A stretch of 52,390 nucleotides of DNA from a virus (taxonomy: Duplodnaviria; Caudoviricetes), in IMG/VR virus record IMGVR_UViG_3300048856_000102, positions 1 to 52,390 of that record; one strand, written 5' to 3'. Of this stretch, positions 8,881 through 17,699 are shown in pieces. Position 1 is the first letter of the stretch. Each line of letters begins with the position of its first letter. A program made the position numbers and the translations under genes. The notes beneath the pieces are model-generated. The model ran no database searches. It saw only the letters and a program-made list of their open reading frames with translations, and had not been told where the DNA came from.

Positions 8881-8932
8881 CTGAACAAGAAAACAAGATA
8901 ATTAACAACAGAGGAAGGTAGAGCTCAAATGC

Positions 8933-9199
8933 TCAGTTTGAAGAAGTTGGAAGTGGAGCAGATTCGAGTTGATCAGCGCTTCGCAGTAGAGCCGCAGCGA
9001 CTTCACGCAATTGAACGGCGGTCATGGTCAATTGAACCGCAGACCGATTACCTGTTCTCATGTCCTCAACGGTTTGTGGATATTCCAGCCGCGCAACACA
9101 AAACATTCCCTGTACGGGAGCAAGCGTAAAACCCATCAAGGGGCGGACGCTGATGTTGCCGTTCTCGTCTAGATCGAAGCCGTTTGCATCTTTAGGCAT
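8933..9199 (-). CDS. Hypothetical protein (88 aa)
   Basis: MPKDANGF... with AAGGG RBS; distal gene of the cI-strand cluster. Confidence 0.65.
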   Translation of the reverse strand: MPKDANGFDLDENGNISVRPLMGFTLAPVQGMFCVARLEYPQTVEDMRTGNRSAVQLTMTAVQLREVAAALLRSADQLESAPLPTSSN

Positions 9200-9236
9200 T
9201 TTCGTTCCCTTCAACCCGGCCTTGGCGCCGGGTTCT

Positions 9237-9476
9237 TCATTCCATGTCTGGAACTTCACCCGACTGAAACAGCACGGATGGCGGCCCATATTCCCCGATG
9301 TCGGGTTCAGCTTCTCTCGCCCAGGCAAGCACTCCGACATGTTTCGAAGCCAACTCACGAGCGCTGCGTAGTGCGCGATCTTCGCTGTCGAACTGCATGG
9401 CTTCGAAGGCCGGAACGATTTCACCATCATCCGATCGATCGAAGGCCATGACTACTATGAGGCGAACTGGGTCCAT
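9237..9476 (-). CDS. Small hypothetical protein of a rhizobial type
   Basis: LIVVMAFDR...GVLAWAREAEPDIGEYGPP; AGGAG RBS. Confidence 0.7.
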   Translation of the reverse strand: MDPVRLIVVMAFDRSDDGEIVPAFEAMQFDSEDRALRSARELASKHVGVLAWAREAEPDIGEYGPPSVLFQSGEVPDME

Positions 9477-9477
9477 T

Positions 9478-9813
9478 TTAGGCTCCTGCAGAAGAGGTGA
9501 GGGCATCTTGCGTCAGCCTGCGCCTGACGTCTTCCTTCTGCTGTCGCACCATGCCGGGGATCAGAAAGGCATCAACCAAGGCCCATACTCCGAGGAGTCC
9601 CAAGATAACTAGGCCAACTCCAGCAACAGCCGTGATCACTCCGATTATAAATAGGATGAGCATGGTAGCACCCGACTTTGAAAGGCCCAGATAGAACCTA
9701 TGTACACCAAGTGCTCCCAGGAAAAACCACATCAAATATGCCGCTCGACGGGATTTGGCCTGGTTCGCCACCCGCTTCTCGATAAGCATTCTGTCTTGTG
9801 TTGACAGTTCCAT
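9478..9813 (-). CDS. TM2-domain membrane protein
   Basis: KS..AAYLMWFFLGALGVHRFYLG signature. Confidence 0.85.
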   Translation of the reverse strand: MELSTQDRMLIEKRVANQAKSRRAAYLMWFFLGALGVHRFYLGLSKSGATMLILFIIGVITAVAGVGLVILGLLGVWALVDAFLIPGMVRQQKEDVRRRLTQDALTSSAGA

Positions 9814-9847
9814 GTTTTTCCCAGCCCGGCCAAGCGCCGGGTTTTGA

Positions 9848-10420
9848 TCACCACTTGCATGCTGCTCGAAGCGGCTTAATCGCTTCATCAATTCCAGATA
9901 TTGGAAACTCGCCCGACACAGCACTCTCTGAAAACGGTGTCGCGCGAACAAACAGCGTCTTCGCTCCGATCAATTCCTTTATCCATGGCACGGATGACTT
10001 TTCGCTCCACAAACCTAAAACGGCATGGTCGTTAGAATCGGTGAAAGCTTTGCTCTTCGCTGGTTTGTCATCTACGCGATATTCGACCTTACCTCGGCCC
10101 TCAATGCTCGACATAAAGTGCCCAGCAAAATCGATATATACCTTGGTTTGACCTTCGTCGCATCGGATGAACAGGAACAAAGGCTTTTCCTGACCGTATC
10201 GGTTTTTGAATGGCGCAACCGATTGAACTGCCAAGCCAACACTGGGGCTGTCATCCAGTTTGGATTTCCCTTCGTCAACAAGCCAAACGCCCTTTTTCAA
10301 TTTTGCCATGGCGCAGGCATACTTGTCTTGAGCACTCGTCTTGGTGGAGCAGTCAACATCCTCTCCATGGACGGCAGTGGAACATAACAGCAGCAATGCG
10401 GCGGCGATCGGTAGCCTCAT
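9848..10420 (-). CDS. Exported VasI/TagO-like (T6SS-associated family) protein
   Basis: Signal peptide; W...SKLDDS...LFIRC.EG.T...VEYRVD...STDN-like segment...C-terminal IKPLRAACKW. Confidence 0.7.
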   Translation of the reverse strand: MRLPIAAALLLLCSTAVHGEDVDCSTKTSAQDKYACAMAKLKKGVWLVDEGKSKLDDSPSVGLAVQSVAPFKNRYGQEKPLFLFIRCDEGQTKVYIDFAGHFMSSIEGRGKVEYRVDDKPAKSKAFTDSNDHAVLGLWSEKSSVPWIKELIGAKTLFVRATPFSESAVSGEFPISGIDEAIKPLRAACKW

Positions 10421-10423
10421 CAC

Positions 10424-11200
10424 TCACCGGACCGTGCTGAATTTGCGCAAAACCCTGCCGACGATGGTTAGCTCATGCGCCTTCCATGTCTTTGTTTTAT
10501 GCCGAGGATTGTCTGACATCACTGAGATGAGGGTTTCTTCTGCGCCAGGATCACTTGTGACCTCAAGGCGCTTGATAGCCAGCCCACCGATCTCATCGAT
10601 GATTGCATAAAGACCATCAGGCGAGGGGCGGCGATGCCTGGTATCGATAAATACGACATCACCTTCATCAAGCGTGGGCTGCATCGAATCGCCCTGGACC
10701 GGGAATATCGCGATGTCCTTAGCAGCCAGACCAAGTGTGACGAGAATAGCCGGCGGCAATTTCCAATAGTCCTTCACCGCCTCTGCCGAAAAGGTCATCC
10801 CATGTTTTCCAGCAACCCCTTCGCTGGAAATAGCCAGACCGCCGGCACCCATCCCCGCTGTGATATCGATCTGGGGCGAGCTGCCCTCGGGTGCACCTCG
10901 CAATCCTGTTTCGGATCCCAAGGTCATTTCGTGGTCGCCATGGCTTTGCTCGGGAGCATCAGGGTCATAGCTGTGGACTAATCGCGGTTTTCCATCCTTC
11001 TGACCAGTCAATAGCTCGGCGGCACTTACACCGAACTTTCTGGCGTAAATTATCGCGTCATCAGGGCCATATTCGTTCTGGCCGTTCTCATGAGCTCGAT
11101 ACGTCGACGCAGTTACGCCCATGGCTTCTGCCGCTTTCGTGGCCGAACTAAACCCGGCGCTCATGCGCGCCTCTCGCAATCTTTCACCCATTGTCTTCAT
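10424..11200 (-). CDS. cI: CI-like repressor (XRE HTH plus S24 peptidase)
   Basis: MGERLREAR...YRAHENG HTH; VQGDSMQPTL...IKRL S24 Ser/Lys dyad; AG cleavage-type site. Confidence 0.92.
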   Translation of the reverse strand: MKTMGERLREARMSAGFSSATKAAEAMGVTASTYRAHENGQNEYGPDDAIIYARKFGVSAAELLTGQKDGKPRLVHSYDPDAPEQSHGDHEMTLGSETGLRGAPEGSSPQIDITAGMGAGGLAISSEGVAGKHGMTFSAEAVKDYWKLPPAILVTLGLAAKDIAIFPVQGDSMQPTLDEGDVVFIDTRHRRPSPDGLYAIIDEIGGLAIKRLEVTSDPGAEETLISVMSDNPRHKTKTWKAHELTIVGRVLRKFSTVR

Positions 11201-11204
11201 GGAA

Positions 11205-11274
11205 GCGACATTTACAGAACATTCAACATAAATCATGTTGACATCCTGACACGTATCGTGTTGATATCCGCAAC
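11205..11274. promoter_or_regulatory. OR operators and PR/PRM region
   Basis: TCAACATAAATCATGTTGA palindrome (ACA-N7-TGT 11226-11238) and ACACGTATCGTGT (11249-11261); TTGACA at 11238. Confidence 0.75.
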
Positions 11275-11496
11275 ATGAACACGATCGAAGACATCTTCTT
11301 GAACTTGGGCGGTACGGGCGCAGTGGCTCGTATCATAGGCGTCAAGCACTCCGCAGCATCTGAGATGCGTCGGCGTGGTTCCATCCCCGTCAAGTATTGG
11401 CCAGCCCTTGTTGAGGGTGCGACCGCTGCTGGCAAGGCAATGGATAACGACGTCTTGGTTCGTGTCCATATTGAACAGGCAGGGGCGGCAGCGTGA
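11275..11496 (+). CDS. cro: Cro-like HTH protein
   Basis: Divergent from cI; GG..AVAR.IG....ASEMRRRGSIP.KYW. Confidence 0.8.
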   Translation: MNTIEDIFLNLGGTGAVARIIGVKHSAASEMRRRGSIPVKYWPALVEGATAAGKAMDNDVLVRVHIEQAGAAA

Positions 11497-12242
11497 ACAT
11501 GATCCGCGTAGAGGAACGTCCGCAAGCCACACTGCCATCGAAAGTTGTCCATGCACCGGACTCTTTGCCAGCGCTTCTCGATAGAGCTGCAAGTGCTTTG
11601 GCCGCAGCAAAAGATAGCGCCGAAGTCCTCGAAGCTCGCGACATGGCTCGGGTTGCCTACGATGCGGCAAAGAGTGCCGGACGGCTTGCTCGCGCAAAAC
11701 AAGCGCACGATACCGTTCTCTCTCAAGTTTACCGCGCTCAGGCCGATGCCCTTATGATAGAGGCCCGCGCCAAGATGCGTTTGGCCGAAGAATACGATGC
11801 GGCGAAAGAAGCAGGCGAAGTTGCCGGTCACGGTGGAAACAGGGGAAATCAGCACGTTGCCAAGGTCGCAGGCCCGGACCTTGCCACCATCGCGGACATT
11901 GGTCTTTCGAAGCAGGAAATATCTGACGCAAGACAAATTCGAGATGCTGAAAAGGCGGAGCCCGGTATAGCCCAGCGCGCGCTCAACGCAATGCTTGATC
12001 GCGGCGAAGAGCCAACAAAGGCGAAGCTGAACCGCGAAATCGTAAACAGGCCAAAGCCTGAAAAAGTCATGAACCCGACCGCGCTTTGGTTGTGGGGCAG
12101 GCTTAAGGACTTCGAGCGGGATGGCGTTCTCACCCAAGACCCGAAATTTCTCATCAATGAAATGACCGAGCCGATGCGGGATGACGTCAGGCGTCTTTCT
12201 CCGCTGGTTGGTGCTTTCCTTGCAAAACTGGAGATCGAATAA
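11493..12242 (+). CDS. Hypothetical helical protein with probable HTH
   Basis: Ala-rich helices plus ATIADIGLSKQEISDAR; coupled to cro. Confidence 0.75.
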   Translation: MNMIRVEERPQATLPSKVVHAPDSLPALLDRAASALAAAKDSAEVLEARDMARVAYDAAKSAGRLARAKQAHDTVLSQVYRAQADALMIEARAKMRLAEEYDAAKEAGEVAGHGGNRGNQHVAKVAGPDLATIADIGLSKQEISDARQIRDAEKAEPGIAQRALNAMLDRGEEPTKAKLNREIVNRPKPEKVMNPTALWLWGRLKDFERDGVLTQDPKFLINEMTEPMRDDVRRLSPLVGAFLAKLEIE

Positions 12243-12679
12243 TGACCCAGCATCAGCAGATAATTGCCGAACTTGAGCGTCAATACGAATTCTTGAAGGC
12301 CGCGGATATCGTTGCTCCATCGTCGCTCGCCTACAAGGTGTACGAGCATTTTTCCCGAGGGAAAGTCGAAGCTCACATTCAGTACACAAGCATCGAGCAT
12401 TTGAAGAATATGGCGAGCAAGTTTCTCGCCAAGCGTAACAACCCGAACGCTGATGACAACGAGGTTTACGATCAGACATCGTTCGAATTCTCCGGTCAGT
12501 TGCAGGCCCGATATCCGATCCCGCACAAGAAGGGCGAGGAGCCCGTTTACAAGCTGCGCAGTCATCTCACTCCGGAAGAGAGAGCATGGAATGTGAAGCT
12601 GCTTCGCAAGTCCGCAAGATCCAGGCTTGAACACGCCGACGCCCTCGAAGCTGAAGGTCAGATGAGGGCCGCAGCGTGA
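12242..12679 (+). CDS. Hypothetical protein
   Basis: TAATG overlap; GGAG RBS. Confidence 0.7.
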   Translation: MTQHQQIIAELERQYEFLKAADIVAPSSLAYKVYEHFSRGKVEAHIQYTSIEHLKNMASKFLAKRNNPNADDNEVYDQTSFEFSGQLQARYPIPHKKGEEPVYKLRSHLTPEERAWNVKLLRKSARSRLEHADALEAEGQMRAAA

Positions 12680-13038
12680 GCGGCTGTTCAGTCATCGACC
12701 TTCGTGTCGTCTGCCTTGATGTCAGCCGCGACACCGACATTTCCCAGATCATCAAACTCATTTCATCGGAGGCTGAATTGCCACAGGAAACCAAGCCGAT
12801 TTATGCGCTCGAAAGTCTCCCCGAATTGATCGGGAAGAGACAGTTCGAAATGCTTTGCAATGCGATGGGCATTGAGATTTTGCCCGACATTCTGATGGGC
12901 TCTCCCATTGGTGAATACTTCGCCATGGTTGTCGAGCGCGATGCAATCCGCTTCCGTCAAGTAAGATCAGCCGAAGTCAATGCTCTCTCTAGGATGAGCC
13001 CTTATCGGCAGAAGATGGGTGGTCCTGTTCGTGTCTGA
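12676..13038 (+). CDS. Hypothetical protein
   Basis: GTGA overlap with the previous gene. Confidence 0.5.
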   Translation: MSGCSVIDLRVVCLDVSRDTDISQIIKLISSEAELPQETKPIYALESLPELIGKRQFEMLCNAMGIEILPDILMGSPIGEYFAMVVERDAIRFRQVRSAEVNALSRMSPYRQKMGGPVRV

Positions 13039-13330
13039 TCCGGCTCAAAATCCTTTTCCGAAGTTCAACTCTCTGGTGCAAGTCCTCTTCATAGGCTTGC
13101 CCAAGTGGAACCTCTTCATGCCCTCCGCCGACATATTCGATACATGCGAATGCGGTGGCAGGGTCGGAGAAGTCAACTTTCTCGAAGTGTTGTTGGAAAA
13201 GGTCGTTCGGGCTCCAAGAGATTATCCCCTGCAGTTGATCAATCATCGTTCGGATGAGGCCAATCGCAAGTTCAGCTCTTGCGTTGGCAATCCTCAGATC
13301 AACTTCGATTTCTTCAAGTTTGGTTTCCAA
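12989..13330 (-). CDS. Antisense-oriented hypothetical protein (moron-like)
   Basis: TTG start with AGGAAGGG RBS; protein-like composition. Confidence 0.55.
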   Translation of the reverse strand: METKLEEIEVDLRIANARAELAIGLIRTMIDQLQGIISWSPNDLFQQHFEKVDFSDPATAFACIEYVGGGHEEVPLGQAYEEDLHQRVELRKRILSRIRHEQDHPSSADKGSS

Positions 13331-13550
13331 GTTTGTCCCTTCCTGTTCTCAGCATATCGATTCTTGCAAAATCACCATGCCGCTTGCGGGAAGGGGCGTC
13401 TACCTGTCGAGGCGAATTCCCGTTCGCCCAGACAAACAACGACAGCTGCACACCGGTTGATGTTTTCCAAGACTTCCGAGTGCGCTTCTTCATTTGAGTA
13501 TCCTTCAGTGTCTCGCTGCTACGCCCCAAACGTAGCGAAGGACAGTTCGA

Positions 13551-13922
13551 ATGTGCGTCAAAACAGTTTCCAGAAACGGAAAAAGAGTTTCCGAGGATAA
13601 GATGAGTAACGTCGCGTTAATCGAAGCAAAACAATGGGCTGATGCGCTGATGGAAGCCGAATGGCGCGGTCGCAAAGACCGTGACGGGCCTGTCAGGTAC
13701 CGGTTGTCAAAGAAGACGGGTGTTCCCGAAAGCTACCTCTACCGCCTTCAATACAAGACGGCAGAAATGAAGGACGTGGCCGGTTCAGTCTACCGGTCGC
13801 TGATGTTGGCATATGAGGATTTGTGCCAGCGAAATGAGAATGCCGCCGACGCGATGCGCGAGCAGCGGCAAGCACTAAGGATCACCAATGAAGTTAATCG
13901 GGAGCCTGTTTCGGCGGGCTAG
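13551..13922 (+). CDS. Probable DNA-binding regulator in CII-like position
   Basis: RYRLSKKTGVPESYLYRLQY HTH-like segment; alternative start at 13602. Confidence 0.7.
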   Translation: MCVKTVSRNGKRVSEDKMSNVALIEAKQWADALMEAEWRGRKDRDGPVRYRLSKKTGVPESYLYRLQYKTAEMKDVAGSVYRSLMLAYEDLCQRNENAADAMREQRQALRITNEVNREPVSAG

Positions 13923-13976
13923 GGAGTGGATTTTGCTCAATTACGAGCGGTCCCGACACAATAAGAGGAATCGAAA

Positions 13977-14504
13977 ATGACCGCAGAAGCAGGACACAAT
14001 TCCGATTTGACGCCGGGCGAACTGAAAGCCCTGAAGTTCCACCATTTCAATGCAATCTCAGCACAGCGCGCTCGTGTTGCTGTCGAGCAAGCAGAATACA
14101 AACGGCTCCGCAAGCTCGCCAAGGCCGACAGCATTCCGCTTTGGCAGATCGACCACATGTTCAAGTGTTCTGATGTCGAGGATCCTGACATCATTCCAAA
14201 CCGGATCAAGGATGAAGCCGAGATCGCTTCGTGGTTTGCGCTTCCGATCTATTTCCAGCCCGACATGTTTGGTGTCGATCGCGAGCCAGGTGAAGACCGG
14301 GCAGAGCGGGAAGGGGAGGCTGCAGGTTTTGCCGGCAAAGACTGTGCTCCTCCATATGAAGCCACCAGCCCGATGGGCAAAGCGTGGCTGGCGGGATGGC
14401 GCAAGGGTCAGGACGAGCAGTTGGCTGCCTTCCAATCGGCAATGGAAAAGAAGAACGCGGCCATGCCCGAGCAGGGTGAACCCGACTTCCCGGATGGGGA
14501 GTAA
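13977..14504 (+). CDS. Hypothetical protein with C-terminal Rmf-like motif
   Basis: RAEREGEAAGFAG...PPY...AWLAGW.KG. Confidence 0.7.
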   Translation: MTAEAGHNSDLTPGELKALKFHHFNAISAQRARVAVEQAEYKRLRKLAKADSIPLWQIDHMFKCSDVEDPDIIPNRIKDEAEIASWFALPIYFQPDMFGVDREPGEDRAEREGEAAGFAGKDCAPPYEATSPMGKAWLAGWRKGQDEQLAAFQSAMEKKNAAMPEQGEPDFPDGE

Positions 14505-14509
14505 GCGCC

Positions 14510-14812
14510 ATGGAAACTCTCAAGATGCGCGCCAAGCGGATAGTGTCGGAAAGCCCGGCGCTGGCAAAGGAAGTTGCCCTCTTGTTGCAGGCGGAAGGCC
14601 CAACACTCACTCCAAAGCAGTTGAAGGCACTGGATTTCCTTCGTGAGTTCCGCGCCAAGCACGGTGTTTCTCCCACATACAACGAGACTGCCGACGCTTT
14701 GTGCGTGTCCAAGACTGCGGCGTTCAACCTGATCTCCCGGCTTCATGAGCGTGGTTTCATTCAGATGATGCCAAACCGCAGCCGGTCAATCGTGCTGCTG
14801 GAGGCGGCGTGA
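14510..14812 (+). CDS. LexA N-terminal-like DNA-binding protein without peptidase domain
   Basis: LTPKQLKALDFL....HGVSPTY.E.A.......L.ERGFI...PNRSRSI. Confidence 0.8.
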   Translation: METLKMRAKRIVSESPALAKEVALLLQAEGPTLTPKQLKALDFLREFRAKHGVSPTYNETADALCVSKTAAFNLISRLHERGFIQMMPNRSRSIVLLEAA

Positions 14813-15168
14813 TGCAGAAGCTCCAGCCCACACGCGAGCGCCGAAAGAATTTGAAGCAGCAGTTTCTCGACTTTGTGGAAGCAAATCCCTTCAGCAGCGC
14901 AGAAGAAATTGCGGCAGCTCTCGATTGCAGTTCTGCCTATGTCCGGGCCACTTCCCGTCGCAATAACAAGCCGCTTCTTCGCCGCAACAAGATGAGAACC
15001 GCAGCACCAACAAACTGGCTGCGCCTTTCGGACAGCATTTATCGTGGCTTGAGAAAGCACTCGGAGGCTCGCTGCACGACCGTAAACGAACTAGCCGAGC
15101 GGATCCTTGAAACCTGCATCAGCGAGAAAATGATCGACGCCGTTCTGGATGACGAGGTCTCGGCATGA
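14809..15168 (+). CDS. Hypothetical protein (HTH plus RHH-like)
   Basis: AEEIAAALDCSSAYVR; C-terminal TVNELAERILE. Confidence 0.65.
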   Translation: MMQKLQPTRERRKNLKQQFLDFVEANPFSSAEEIAAALDCSSAYVRATSRRNNKPLLRRNKMRTAAPTNWLRLSDSIYRGLRKHSEARCTTVNELAERILETCISEKMIDAVLDDEVSA

Positions 15169-15275
15169 ACGAGAAGCCCCTCACACCACTACAGGTAGGA
15201 ATAGGCGCGGTCCTGCTGATAGGCGCCGCAGCCTTCATCCTCGGTCCAATGATTTTCGGCATAGCGGGGGTTTGA
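15165..15275 (+). CDS. 36-aa membrane peptide (not in ORF track)
   Basis: MNEKPLTPLQVGIGAVLLIGAAAFILGPMIFGIAGV; ATGA overlap, and its stop abuts the next ATG. Confidence 0.65.
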   Translation: MNEKPLTPLQVGIGAVLLIGAAAFILGPMIFGIAGV

Positions 15276-15848
15276 ATGACAGTCGTCGCTTCAAACTATG
15301 CCCGCGAGGAAAACGACCTTTATCAAACCGAACCATGGGCGACGGAGGCGCTGCTTCGGAACTTCCCTGTCACCGGCAAATCGGTGTGGGAACCGGCTGC
15401 AGGTAACCACCTTATGGCTGATGTACTCATTGAGCACGGCGCGGAAGTCAGAACATCAGACATTGTAATCTACGACCGGCCTCATAATGAGATCGTGGAT
15501 TTCCTTGCTTCCGAAGCATCGGCAGCCCTTTGGTGTCCTGATGCGCTGATCACGAATCCACCTTATGGGAAGGGTAATCGGCAGGCAGTCAAATTCGCAG
15601 AGAAAGCACTGCAGTATTGCTCCGGCACTGTCGCGCTTCTCCTGACTGCCAAGTTCGACTTCGGCAAAACCCGCCGTCACCTGTTCGCAGACAATCCCCG
15701 CTTCGTTGCCAAGATCAATCTGATTGACCGGATCCAATGGTTCCCCGGGGATTCTAGCGGAACTGAAGATCACGCCTGGTACGTCTGGGGACCGACTCCA
15801 CTCATCCGAACAAAGCCGGTCATTTTTTATGAGGGGAGGCAAGCCTAA
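15276..15848 (+). CDS. Orphan amino-DNA methyltransferase (probably N6-adenine)
   Basis: YQTEPW, WEPAAG (SAM-binding) and ITNPPY catalytic motif. Confidence 0.85.
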   Translation: MTVVASNYAREENDLYQTEPWATEALLRNFPVTGKSVWEPAAGNHLMADVLIEHGAEVRTSDIVIYDRPHNEIVDFLASEASAALWCPDALITNPPYGKGNRQAVKFAEKALQYCSGTVALLLTAKFDFGKTRRHLFADNPRFVAKINLIDRIQWFPGDSSGTEDHAWYVWGPTPLIRTKPVIFYEGRQA

Positions 15849-16414
15849 TGCTCATTCTCGCATTCGATCCCGCTCAGACGACCGGCTATGCCTATTACGA
15901 TGATCAGGCACCATTGGCTGCCATCGAGGCCGGAACAATCAAATGCATTGGTGAAAGCTACGAGGACAAGGCCGCATCGCTCGGCCGGGCGCTGGTCAAG
16001 ATCATCAAGACCAAACGGCCTGACTTCATCGCCATTGAAATGCCCATCCGCACACAGCCAGGACAGCAGAAGCGGAACGTGAAGTTCATGGGCGAGGAAC
16101 AGCAGGTCCAGGCAGGCGGTTCCGGTCTCAATGCCGTCATCTCATCCAACCAACTCGTCGGCGCGATCTCGGCCATCGTCGGAGCATACAACATTCCTTT
16201 CGTCACCATTCCATCGGTCACATGGCGCAAAGCCTTTCTTGGATTCGGAACGCATAAGGGATGGGCGCGCAAGGATTGGAAGAAGGCGGTTCGCGATCGC
16301 TGCGCATCTTTGCGGATTGTTGTCACCAATGACGACCAGGCCGACGCCGTTGGAATTGCCTTCGCCGGTTCGCATCACCAAGCCGTGCGTGTTCTCAAAG
16401 CTCGAGCGGCATAA
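15848..16414 (+). CDS. RuvC-like Holliday junction resolvase
   Basis: ILAFDP..TGYA, IAIE, TWRK, DDQADAVGI. Confidence 0.8.
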   Translation: MLILAFDPAQTTGYAYYDDQAPLAAIEAGTIKCIGESYEDKAASLGRALVKIIKTKRPDFIAIEMPIRTQPGQQKRNVKFMGEEQQVQAGGSGLNAVISSNQLVGAISAIVGAYNIPFVTIPSVTWRKAFLGFGTHKGWARKDWKKAVRDRCASLRIVVTNDDQADAVGIAFAGSHHQAVRVLKARAA

Positions 16415-16438
16415 CCCCAGTCACTATCGGAGCACTCA

Positions 16439-16714
16439 ATGAAAAACCGTCTACTCGATCTCAACAACCATCTGTTTAGCCAGATGGAACGCCTGACAGA
16501 AGAAAATCTCACCTCTGAGCAGATCGAACAGGAGGTGAAGCGATCCGAAGCTATCGTCGCAGTGAGCGAGCAGATTATCCGCAACTCCGATCTAGCGCTC
16601 AAAGCGGCGAATTTGGTTGCTAATCACGGCGACAGGTTCAAGCCAATGCTGCCAACCATATTCCGGCCGACTGAGATGATCGAGGGCTCCACCAGCGATG
16701 GGGCCGCTAAATGA
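16439..16714 (+). CDS. Small phage protein commonly found next to HNH genes
   Basis: MKNRLLDLNNHLFSQMERL...EVKRSEAI. Confidence 0.75.
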   Translation: MKNRLLDLNNHLFSQMERLTEENLTSEQIEQEVKRSEAIVAVSEQIIRNSDLALKAANLVANHGDRFKPMLPTIFRPTEMIEGSTSDGAAK

Positions 16715-17349
16715 AAGGCAATTGGATCACATATAGCGCAGAAGAAATTGCCTGGCTGGACGTAAACCGAACCCTGGTCATCAGTGAGTATCACCGAGCA
16801 TTCTGCGAGGCGTTCGGACGGCACGATATTTCGGCAGCCAATCTTCACGCTCTACGCAAGCGGAAGGGGTGGAAAACCGGGCGCACTGGCTGTTTCCCCA
16901 AGGGCGGCGTTCCCGCCAACAAAGGCCAGAAGATGCCCTTCAATCCTAACAGCGCACGGACACAGTTCAAAAAAGGGCAACGCCCGCATAACACCAACTA
17001 TCTGGGCCATGAGCGCATCACCAAGGATGGTTATATCGAGATAAGCGTCGACGAGAGAAACCCTCATACAGGTTTTGAGCGCCGTTACGTCCAGAAACAC
17101 CGTTATCTTTGGGAGAAGATAAACGGCCCAGTTCCGGAAGGAATGTTTCTGAAATGCCTGGATACCAACCGTCAAAACACTGATCCGGCAAACTGGGAAC
17201 TGATGCCTCGCGCAGCGCAGGTCTATATCGGAGCTCGGTTCGGCATAAACTACGAAGCGGCCGAACCCGAAGTGAGACCCGCTATCATTAAGTTTGCCAA
17301 ACTGAAGCATGCGGCGAAGGCGGCGAAGTCCAAGACGAGGTCGCCATGA
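16711..17349 (+). CDS. HNH_3-type endonuclease-like protein
   Basis: FPKG/FKKG repeats, ERITKDGYIEI, KHRYLWE..NGPVP, D.NRQN.DP.N. Confidence 0.75.
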   Translation: MKGNWITYSAEEIAWLDVNRTLVISEYHRAFCEAFGRHDISAANLHALRKRKGWKTGRTGCFPKGGVPANKGQKMPFNPNSARTQFKKGQRPHNTNYLGHERITKDGYIEISVDERNPHTGFERRYVQKHRYLWEKINGPVPEGMFLKCLDTNRQNTDPANWELMPRAAQVYIGARFGINYEAAEPEVRPAIIKFAKLKHAAKAAKSKTRSP

Positions 17350-17699
17350 CATTCCAAGCAGCCTTCGATTTCATGCGTCCTACCTTCGCATCAAGCGACC
17401 CGACGCGGTTTCGCATTGATCTGACTGACAAGGCATATGGTCCGTATTGCGACATAGCCGTGATGCAGAACGACGACGGAACCTGGGCGAAGCAAATCGG
17501 CTATCAGATAAGCTACATGGGTATGGGCGGACCATTCTACGGTTCATATCGGTCGGCCGAAGCCGCGCTCGAATCCGCCGTCGAATACTTCCGGCAATCG
17601 TTTCAGCGCACTCTCGACAATCCATGTTCAGTACAATCCGACAAAGATAGAATTCACCTTCGGCGCTTGCTGGAATGGATTGAGAGTATTTCTGCATGA
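17346..17699 (+). CDS. Hypothetical protein
   Basis: ATGA overlaps on both sides. Confidence 0.65.
   Translation: MTFQAAFDFMRPTFASSDPTRFRIDLTDKAYGPYCDIAVMQNDDGTWAKQIGYQISYMGMGGPFYGSYRSAEAALESAVEYFRQSFQRTLDNPCSVQSDKDRIHLRRLLEWIESISA

Noticed and set aside
8703-8888. 61-aa minus-strand ORF
   Set aside because: Weak TTG start, no family resemblance, and it lies entirely within the structured element, which is better explained as RNA.
11223-12479. 418-aa minus-strand ORF
   Set aside because: Antisense shadow of cro and two coupled downstream genes; Arg/Cys-rich non-protein composition.
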